Assembly (NCBI GenBank): GCA_036679605.1
Contig: JAZDCZ010000419.1
Location: forward strand, 160,001-224,000
Source: Gemmatimonadota bacterium
Lineage (GTDB): Bacteria > Gemmatimonadota > Gemmatimonadetes > Gemmatimonadales > GWC2-71-9
Reading direction: 5' to 3'
Length of the DNA stretch: 64,000 nt
Shown here: piece by piece, positions 57,366 through 64,000 of the stretch
How positions within the stretch are numbered: the first letter of the stretch is position 1
Layout of the letters: every line of letters begins with the position of its first letter
The notes under the pieces: generated by a model
The model's database searches: none
Seen by the model: the letters and a program-made list of their open reading frames with translations, nothing else
Told to the model about the DNA's origin: nothing
Translations under genes and position numbers: made by a program

Positions 57366-58433
57366 CTACTGTCGCCTCTCTCTGAAGAACGAGCCCCCTG
57401 ACCTATTCCTGCGGCGGAAGGAACTGTCGCTCTCCGGCAGCTCGGCTGTGACCGTCATGCGGCTCTTCTTCCGCATGATAGTAAACGCGATCGTCTCACC
57501 AGCGTCGTAGGACCGGATCATTCGAAGCGCGTGAGCCGCGCTAGTCGGCTTTCGATCGCCGATGTTCAGAATGACGTCGCCGGTCTTCAGGTTGAGGGAC
57601 GATTCCCTTGGAGCCCGGACGATCAGCAACCCCTCATCGGTTCCGAAATAGTCACCCAACTCTTCGTCCAGACTAACCAGTTCGATGTCGAGCCATTGCA
57701 GTGGCACGGACCCGAAAGGAAGTCCCCGCACGGAATATGGTTGCGGGCCTACTCGCACGCGCGGAGCTAATTCTTCGAGAAGTCGAAGACTCGGATCGCC
57801 TGAGAAGCTGAAAGAATAGGACTCGGATTCCAGTTTCCGCAGAATGACGTCGGCGTCGTGGTTCTCCGCGCCGCGGCGGTATTCCACGTGTAGAGTGTCA
57901 CCTTCCTCGAGTTCGTTCTTGATCCGGACGAGCTTGTTTCCCGGCGATATGCTCCATCGATCGGCTCGCCCAAGAGTCTCTCCGTTCGCCTTGGTAATAA
58001 CGTCTCCTGCCTCGAGGCCTGCTTCGTCGGCTGGCCCACCTTCGACCACGCTCTCCAAGCCTGCACCGACGGAGTCGTTGTCGTCATCGCTACTAGTACT
58101 CAAGTAGACACCCATCTGGATCCGGTTGCCGCCGACGAACGACAACGTGCGAAAGGCATCACCTGTTGAGACGAACAAGCGATTCCTATTCAGTTCATTG
58201 ATTGCGGAGCGCAAACCGGATACGAGTCGCTCCATTTCCCGCCGCGCCTCCCTGCTGTCATCTTCACGCAGCAGTCGCAGAGCCTCTTCTAACTGTCCTC
58301 GGGCTTTATCGAGCTGCTGCTCCGCTCGCTCGCGTCTGGCCTCTTCACTGCTCTGCTGAGCGTAGGCCACACCACTACCTCCTACGGCCAACAGAAACAG
58401 GGAAGCAAGAACTGCTCTTGTCTTCACTTTCAT
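57366..58433 (-). CDS. Exported coiled-coil + tandem PDZ protein
   Basis: Signal peptide MKVKTR..AYA, GGPADEAGLEAGDVI, second PDZ LKTGDVI; no protease motif seen. Confidence 0.85.
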   Translation of the reverse strand: MKVKTRAVLASLFLLAVGGSGVAYAQQSSEEARRERAEQQLDKARGQLEEALRLLREDDSREARREMERLVSGLRSAINELNRNRLFVSTGDAFRTLSFVGGNRIQMGVYLSTSSDDDNDSVGAGLESVVEGGPADEAGLEAGDVITKANGETLGRADRWSISPGNKLVRIKNELEEGDTLHVEYRRGAENHDADVILRKLESESYSFSFSGDPSLRLLEELAPRVRVGPQPYSVRGLPFGSVPLQWLDIELVSLDEELGDYFGTDEGLLIVRAPRESSLNLKTGDVILNIGDRKPTSAAHALRMIRSYDAGETIAFTIMRKKSRMTVTAELPESDSSFRRRNRSGGSFFRERRQ

Positions 58434-58478
58434 TGTACACTCACTCCTTACTTGATCCGGCATTCCAGCCCGGACCTA

Positions 58479-59066
58479 CTAGAATCCGACGTATGCTGCC
58501 CGTCGGACCTGTGTATTAATCAACGCATCCATCAACAACAGACGTTGACGGAACAAACCTGTGAGTTGTTCTCGGGATACAACCACCTGTCGAGCTGCCG
58601 AGAGGTGTGTATCAATCATGGTTATGCGATCTTCGAGATCGGCGATCGCAAGTGCCGTCATTCCATTCACGACTCGCCCATCCATTCGAACGTCATGAAG
58701 CACACTATCCAATTGTCGTGATTGGCTGGCCAGCATCTGCAACTCGGTAACCGAATTGGGAACCGCTGCCGTTCTATGCACAAAACCATTCACGCCAACC
58801 AGCAACGCAAATGACGCCGCAGCAGCCCAGCCGGCTCTGAGCCAACCAGCTCTGCGTCGCTCTTTTTGAATGGCACGACCAACCTCCGACCAACGATCCC
58901 GCGGTGCACTGATACTCGGTAGCGCCTTGAGCGCCGCAACCCGCTGGTGGATCCGGTCTAGCTCATCTCGGCATTCAGCGCATTCGTCCACATGAGTTCG
59001 AGCGCCCAACAAGCCGTCCCCATTTCGTACATCGAGTAGCTCTTGAATTGTACAATGTCTCAACAT
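58479..59066 (-). CDS. Zinc-finger (HxxxCxxC) anti-sigma factor
   Basis: HVDECAEC, W..AAAA TM; ATG overlaps the sigma stop. Confidence 0.82.
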   Translation of the reverse strand: MLRHCTIQELLDVRNGDGLLGARTHVDECAECRDELDRIHQRVAALKALPSISAPRDRWSEVGRAIQKERRRAGWLRAGWAAAASFALLVGVNGFVHRTAAVPNSVTELQMLASQSRQLDSVLHDVRMDGRVVNGMTALAIADLEDRITMIDTHLSAARQVVVSREQLTGLFRQRLLLMDALINTQVRRAAYVGF

Positions 59067-59611
59067 CACGCCTCCTCGCCGAGCATCGTTCTCAACCGCG
59101 CATGAGCACGCGAAAGTTGCGATTTCGAGAAACTCACTGTTTTCCCCATTAGCTCGGCTATCTCCTCGTGTGTGTAGCCCTCTACGTCGTGCAACCACAC
59201 CACCGCCCTGCTCGTGTCCGACAGACACTTCAATGCGTCCTCCAGATCGAGCCGGAGGCCGGATTGTCCCTCCAGCGACCATCTCCCAGCAAACTCCTCG
59301 TGCAGTTCCTCAGTATTCCGGTACTTCTCATACCTCACACGCATCAGTGCTTTGCTGGCAGCTATGCGCTTGATCCATGATGTCATGCTCCCGGCCTGGT
59401 CACCACGGAATTTTTTTATGCTGCGGCAGACCTCCAGGAAAGTTTCCTGAAGCACATCTTCCGCATCTTCCGCGGTGCGGCATATTCTCCGAGCCATTGT
59501 GTAGACCAGACCCTGATAGCTCCGATACAAGCCTTCGAGAGCTGCAAGGTCGCCGGTCTTGGCCCGGCGAATCGCCATGTCGTCGACTGCAACCAAGGAC
59601 ATTTGCGTCAT
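59066..59611 (-). CDS. ECF sigma factor
   Basis: AEDVLQETF, W..RIA, LHDVEGYTHEEIA, SFSKSQLSRA. Confidence 0.93.
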   Translation of the reverse strand: MTQMSLVAVDDMAIRRAKTGDLAALEGLYRSYQGLVYTMARRICRTAEDAEDVLQETFLEVCRSIKKFRGDQAGSMTSWIKRIAASKALMRVRYEKYRNTEELHEEFAGRWSLEGQSGLRLDLEDALKCLSDTSRAVVWLHDVEGYTHEEIAELMGKTVSFSKSQLSRAHARLRTMLGEEA

Positions 59612-59622
59612 GCTCGTTAAGA

Positions 59623-59651
59623 TAGATGCCTCGACCGAAAGAATAGTCGCA
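59623..59651 (-). promoter_or_regulatory. Putative autoregulatory ECF promoter
   Basis: Minus strand TGCGAC-N16-GCATCTA just upstream of the sigma start. Confidence 0.5.
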
Positions 59652-59755
59652 GTTATCGCGCTACTCTGACCGGCCGTTCGAAAGCTACATAACTATATGA
59701 TAGACATACAGTTACGGTCGAATATTTGCAAGCATACGCGGGAAGTAGGCTCAAT

Positions 59756-60868
59756 TTGAAGAGAACGGACGCAAGCGACCTTTGGCGTCACCACCTCCAG
59801 GATGAGGCCGACGCCGCGTTCCTATACCGAATTCTGGCTGACGCGGAACCCACCGACAAGAGGAGTGATCTGTACCGTCGTCTGGCCGATGTCGAGGACC
59901 GGCATTCAAAGCTCTGGTGCGAGGTTCTGGAACAACATGGCCATGAGGCGCCCGTGCCAGGTCCCTCGTTCAGAGCGAGGCTGCTCGCCAAGATAGCAAC
60001 AATGTTCGGTCCCACTCTGCTGCTACCACTGCTGCTGAGAGAAGAAGGTCTCGAGGTTAAGGGATACCTCGACATGTACCGACAAAGTGAACCCGGCACT
60101 GCGCGCGACACCGCTCTCACCTTGGCAAAGGAATCAGCCGAACATGCGACGGCGCTGGGCCAGCTTTCAGATGCGGTGGGTGAGCCGTGGCACAGCACTG
60201 GGTCGGGTGGTTTTCTCCGCAACGTCATCTATGGGTTCAATGACGGGTTGACGGCTAACTTCGGCTTGGTTGCGGGTGTTATCGGAGCGGCGTTCGAGTC
60301 TCACATCGTGCTCGTGTCGGGCTTGGCAGGAATGATTGCGGATGCTCTATCGATGGGTTCCTCGGGATACTTGGCTGCGAAAACCGAACGCGAGGTTTAT
60401 GCAAACGAGATCGCGATGGAGCGCGAAGAGATTCGGCTCATGCCCGAACTCGAGGAAGAGGAACTTGCACTGCTGTACGAGGCCAAGGGTGTCGAGACCC
60501 AGCGCGCCCACGAGATGGCACACGACATTATGCGAGACCCTGAGCGCGCGCTAGCCGAAAAGGTGCGCGAAGAACTCAAAATAGGTGATGCACACACTAC
60601 ACCTGTCAACGAAGGTCTCATTACCGGTATCGCTACTGCGGTTGGAGCGTTCATACCCTTCGCTCCGTTTCTCTTCATGGAGGGTCAGGCCGCAGCGCTC
60701 ACTGCTTTCTTGCTTGCGATGACCTCGCACTTTGCCGTGGGTGCGGCAAGGAGTTTCTTCACCGGGCGCGGACTATTCAAGAGCGGCTTAGATATGTTTG
60801 TGGTCGGACTCGGCGTTGCCGTGGTGGGCTACCTGGTTGGTGACCTTGTCGCCAAGGCGTTGACCTGA
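59756..60868 (+). CDS. Rubrerythrin-like domain + VIT1/CCC1 metal transporter
   Basis: DE.DA..LY, E.RH, E.EH; LRNVIYGFNDGL, ALSMG..YL; start uncertain (TTG 59756). Confidence 0.9.
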   Translation: MKRTDASDLWRHHLQDEADAAFLYRILADAEPTDKRSDLYRRLADVEDRHSKLWCEVLEQHGHEAPVPGPSFRARLLAKIATMFGPTLLLPLLLREEGLEVKGYLDMYRQSEPGTARDTALTLAKESAEHATALGQLSDAVGEPWHSTGSGGFLRNVIYGFNDGLTANFGLVAGVIGAAFESHIVLVSGLAGMIADALSMGSSGYLAAKTEREVYANEIAMEREEIRLMPELEEEELALLYEAKGVETQRAHEMAHDIMRDPERALAEKVREELKIGDAHTTPVNEGLITGIATAVGAFIPFAPFLFMEGQAAALTAFLLAMTSHFAVGAARSFFTGRGLFKSGLDMFVVGLGVAVVGYLVGDLVAKALT

Positions 60869-60958
60869 CTAGACCACGAGATTAACCAACCGGTCCTGAA
60901 CGTAAATCGATTTTTTCACGTCGCGACCATCCAAGGACCGGCGCACCGCATCGTGCAG
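60869..60958 (-). pseudogene. leuS: Orphan 3' fragment of leucyl-tRNA synthetase (possible displaced end / att scar)
   Basis: LHDAVRRSLDGRDVKKSIYVQDRLVNLVV* fits the LeuRS C-terminal pattern (V...L.GK.V.K.I.V..RLVN.V); the upstream LeuRS body is absent. Confidence 0.7.
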
Positions 60959-60989
60959 TCGATCCGAAGATTGGGTTCGCTTGGTACGG

Positions 60990-61080
60990 TCACTGGAAGC
61001 AGAAGCCGAACTCAGTAACAGTATATGTGTATTGGTCACTTGCCGTACTTTCACCATCGTTTACTTCAACCTTTATCTCG
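60990..61080 (-). pseudogene. C-terminal remnant of an Ig/PKD-like secreted protein
   Basis: EIKVEVNDGESTASDQYTYTVTEFGFCFQ*, an AT-richer patch resembling the C-terminus of the ORF ending at 63782. Confidence 0.4.
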
Positions 61081-61137
61081 GGCACCGCGGCCATCATGGT
61101 CCTGTCGCTGTGCAGAACGGCGGGTAGTGCGACGGCG

Positions 61138-62394
61138 TTAACCAGTGGGATCCACCACTTTCCCGATAAAGAGAATGGTCCCCGAAATCCGCTCGCGCAG
61201 CACGAAGAGGAACGGCTGGTCGATGACGAACGGCGGCGGCTCACTGATCATGCCGAAGCTGACGGACGTCACCGCCGCCGCTTCCGTGCCCACCTCGTCC
61301 ACCTTGACAAACGTCTTGTGTTGGACCGTACGGATGAAGAGCCCAGCGCCGGGAGTGATGTTGCTGAAGTCTGCCAGCGCTGCGTCGAATGCAATCCCCA
61401 TCCCCAGCGCCGAGAGCACGTCGTTCATTGTGATCTTGTACTCGAACTGGAACTTGGGCATCACCACGATCTTGTTTGCGCTGTCGACCTCGAGCCCGGC
61501 GGTCCACGCCTGCCAGCGATCGCGATCGAACGCGGCGATCACTTCGTCTAGCGTGACACCCGCTGCTGGCACCGCCGCCACCATCGTGAACGCCCCACCG
61601 CCGTACGGCATCTCGATCACGTTCGCCAGTTGGTCGCCGCTGATCCGAACGGGTACCGGGTCCGCATGCGACATGGTGGGGACCGACCTCTCCGTGCCAT
61701 CTCTTAACGTGAACGGCCGGTCGCTGGTGAGCGACTTGTCGAACTGGTTGGTCCAGTCACCCTTGAAGAACACGGCGTTGATCACGAACAGCATGGTTGA
61801 GCGATCGATGGGCCTCGGCGCGATCGAATCGATCCGTCCGTTGGTGTGATCCCTTACCCATCCATCGATAATGTCGGGCGCGTTGGGGGCGCCGAAATCC
61901 AGGGCCTCCACCTGAGCATCGAAAAAGGTGGTGGCCGCGTCCAAGAAGGTGGGGAGCACGGGGGCCTCGGGCCGATGCCATATGGAGTTGGCGAGATTGA
62001 ACGTCACCCGGCGATCCAGATTGACCAACAGGTCGATCAAGCCGCGGTAGCCGTCATTGACCTGGTCGATGGCAAGCCCCTCGAATCCCAAGGTCTTGGC
62101 CATCGAGTCTCTCGTCGCTCCGGCGGCGCCATTGTACGTCATGCCGAGCGCCATGCTCACGCTCAACGGCGAGATAAAGAGGTTTTCGTCGGGATTGGCC
62201 TGGGCATCCACCGCGCGGAACAGACGCATGGCGAAGGAATTGTCGGACTCCACCAACGCCAGCTCCGCCGCGGTCAGCTCCCGGGGCAACACTTCGATGG
62301 GTCCCATGGGTCCTAAGGAGTTGCCACCACCACCGCAGGCAACGGCGAAACCGATGACGGGCACGAACGCGATACGTTTACAGACACGCTTCAT
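61138..62394 (-). CDS. Lipoprotein serpin
   Basis: FAVAC lipobox, NLFISPLS, ANSIW, INAVFFKGDW, PKF, VDEVGTEAAAVT hinge, DQPFLF, GTILFIGKV. Confidence 0.95.
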   Translation of the reverse strand: MKRVCKRIAFVPVIGFAVACGGGGNSLGPMGPIEVLPRELTAAELALVESDNSFAMRLFRAVDAQANPDENLFISPLSVSMALGMTYNGAAGATRDSMAKTLGFEGLAIDQVNDGYRGLIDLLVNLDRRVTFNLANSIWHRPEAPVLPTFLDAATTFFDAQVEALDFGAPNAPDIIDGWVRDHTNGRIDSIAPRPIDRSTMLFVINAVFFKGDWTNQFDKSLTSDRPFTLRDGTERSVPTMSHADPVPVRISGDQLANVIEMPYGGGAFTMVAAVPAAGVTLDEVIAAFDRDRWQAWTAGLEVDSANKIVVMPKFQFEYKITMNDVLSALGMGIAFDAALADFSNITPGAGLFIRTVQHKTFVKVDEVGTEAAAVTSVSFGMISEPPPFVIDQPFLFVLRERISGTILFIGKVVDPTG

Positions 62395-62457
62395 GATTGG
62401 GTACCTCCGTTATCAAGACAATACACACAGTCACGTAGACCTGTCGCGGTTGGCCGG

Positions 62458-63618
62458 CTATGGTGGCGTCACGGCCCACAGCCCCGCGCGGGTCCCGACG
62501 AGCAGCCGACCGTGGGCCGCATCGACCGCCGTCGCCGTCCCCGTCGCGCCCAAGGCCCCCCGGGGCACGGCGAGCGAGTCCCAACTCGCGCCGCCATTCG
62601 TCGTCCGGTACCACCCCAGGTCCGTCAGTTCCCGGAAGGTGCCGTCGGGATTCTTTTCGAATTCAAGGAACACGGTGGCCGCATAGAGCACATCGTTGAG
62701 CTCGGCGAAACCCGCCACCGCACCACGCGGACCCGCGGCACAGTCCCACGAGCCCCTTGCACCCGCCTCGTCAGATTGCATCAGCCCTAACTCGGCCCCG
62801 AGGAACAGTCGGTCTGGCACGTTGGGGGCCAGGGCGAGTGCGTTGGTCGGCGTCTCGACGACCACGCTGTTGCATGTGGGAACTCCTGCGTCCCAGGTCT
62901 CGCCCCAGTCTGTGCTAAAAACGACAAACGGAACGAAGATGTTGCCCTGCCCCGCCACCCAGAGCAGGCCTGTGCGCGCCGGATCGATCAGGATGTCCAC
63001 GTGCCACGCGCAAATGTTGAAGCTTCCGAACACGAACTGCCACGTCTCTCCGGCATCGAGCGAGCGCAGCACGCCGTGGCAGTTGCTCATGAACACCCGC
63101 TGCGCGTTGCCGGGGTCGACCTCCAGGTCGTCAACGAAGACGCGGTACGGGTTGCGGGACTCCGTCGCCAGCCCCCCGTCAAACGGCACCCACGACTCCC
63201 CCCGGTCGAAGCTGGCGAAGACCGCGGCGCTCGTTGTGTCTTCCTTGGAGCCGTTGCGAAACGTCACGCCCGCGAGGAGGCGCGGCGGGTCGGCCGGAAC
63301 ATAGAGCAGCGCCTTCGGGATGAGGTGGTTGTGCCAGGCTTGCGGACCCAGCGCCGTCCACCCGCCGTCCGACTCGAGCCGGAAGATCCCGTGGTCGTTC
63401 GTGCCCGCGAACAGTCCCCAGGGCGTTACGGCGACCTCGGCTATCCACTCCGACTCGAGCCCCAGCAACGTCCAGCAGCCGCTGTCGAGTTCCAGCGGGC
63501 ATACCTGCGAAGAAGATAGGCTATCCGAGCAGGCGGCGAACATGCCCGCCACAGAAACGACGACGACGGAGCGAACCAGCCAATCCGCCACACGGCCGGA
63601 AATGTGTTGCCGTGCCAT
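62458..63618 (-). CDS. BNR/Asp-box beta-propeller lipoprotein
   Basis: FAAC lipobox; SFDRGESW, SLDAGETW, STDWGETW, TTNGGASW; AAGGAG RBS before ATG 63618. Confidence 0.85.
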   Translation of the reverse strand: MARQHISGRVADWLVRSVVVVSVAGMFAACSDSLSSSQVCPLELDSGCWTLLGLESEWIAEVAVTPWGLFAGTNDHGIFRLESDGGWTALGPQAWHNHLIPKALLYVPADPPRLLAGVTFRNGSKEDTTSAAVFASFDRGESWVPFDGGLATESRNPYRVFVDDLEVDPGNAQRVFMSNCHGVLRSLDAGETWQFVFGSFNICAWHVDILIDPARTGLLWVAGQGNIFVPFVVFSTDWGETWDAGVPTCNSVVVETPTNALALAPNVPDRLFLGAELGLMQSDEAGARGSWDCAAGPRGAVAGFAELNDVLYAATVFLEFEKNPDGTFRELTDLGWYRTTNGGASWDSLAVPRGALGATGTATAVDAAHGRLLVGTRAGLWAVTPP

Positions 63619-63781
63619 ATGAGCGCTCCTTTGATGTTTAAGGATTACCGAAGCCTCACCCGCGACGGCCCGCCACCGTGCCGCCGGGGTCAACCGCCCG
63701 CACACGAACGCACCTCCTCTGTTTGAACTAACCCCATGCCCGATGGAAAGTTGCAGGGGTCCGGCGGCACCGCGGGCCGGT

Positions 63782-64000
63782 TCAGTTCAGACACGGCGGG
63801 GCCTGAGAGTTGACGGTAGCAGACAACTGATCGAACCCGTCGGCACCACCGCTATCCAACACGTTGAGCCTCAAGGTGTAACGCGACAGATCTCCCGTCC
63901 AGACGGTGACGTAACTGTCGCTCCCTATCGGAACGCCATTCCTGCCACTGATATGAGTACATTCCCGTGCCACCAGATACCGCCGAGTCATAGAAGCAGT
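63782..64000 (-). CDS. 3' end of a gene entering from beyond the window (beta-rich C-terminal domain)
   Basis: Open to the window edge; ends YTLRLNVLDSGGADGFDQLSATVNSQAPPCLN*. Confidence 0.55.
   Translation of the reverse strand, partial: TASMTRRYLVARECTHISGRNGVPIGSDSYVTVWTGDLSRYTLRLNVLDSGGADGFDQLSATVNSQAPPCLN

Larger units (their letters stand above)
60959..64000. mobile_element. Probable left end of an inserted island (continues beyond window)
   Basis: Bounded by the leuS 3' fragment; visibly higher GC from about 61100 to 63780; no integrase within the window. Confidence 0.45.

Noticed and set aside
59715..59730. CGGTCGAATATTTGCA as a sigma-54 promoter for VIT1
   Set aside because: GG-N10-GC spacing fits but the -24 element is poor; too weak to list
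60869..61057. 62-aa ORF as an independent gene
   Set aside because: Only its last 29 codons look protein-like (LeuRS tail); the front part overlaps another remnant in a different frame
61027..63622. Long plus-strand ORFs opposite the serpin and propeller genes
   Set aside because: Antisense shadows expected in high-GC coding DNA; no motifs
1..64000. tRNA, rRNA, CRISPR array, transposase, integrase or known anti-phage genes
   Set aside because: None recognised by eye; intergenic gaps are short. A covariance-model search would be needed to exclude small RNAs.

Overview
Gene-dense bacterial chromosomal window. Gene content and style suggest a Gemmatimonadota-like organism; this is inference and not a database result. 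From left to right it holds: a MoxR/DUF58/DUF4350/DUF4129 cluster with a divergent RDD-SpoIIM fusion; a permease-less MacA/ABC-ATPase module interleaved with a non-RD Ser/Thr kinase and a sigma-54 two-component system, where two promoters share the same paired-box + -24/-12 layout; a type IV minor-pilin cluster, SCO and CtaG; an OPT transporter with several peptidases; an apparently polymerase-dead PolX-PHP coupled to nth; ArnT-like and AsnB genes; an ECF sigma/TolC-MacAB operon; thrB; an HcrCAB-like molybdo-flavoenzyme; a detox/repair stretch (three DinB genes, YcaQ-like, AhpD-like, two DoxX, PadR with a perfect 32-bp palindrome); a second ECF/anti-sigma/PDZ operon and VIT1. At the right end an orphan 3' fragment of leucyl-tRNA synthetase marks the probable edge of a GC-richer inserted region carrying a lipoprotein serpin and a beta-propeller lipoprotein. 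No rRNA, tRNA, CRISPR array, transposase or integrase was recognised. All calls come from motif reading without searches.
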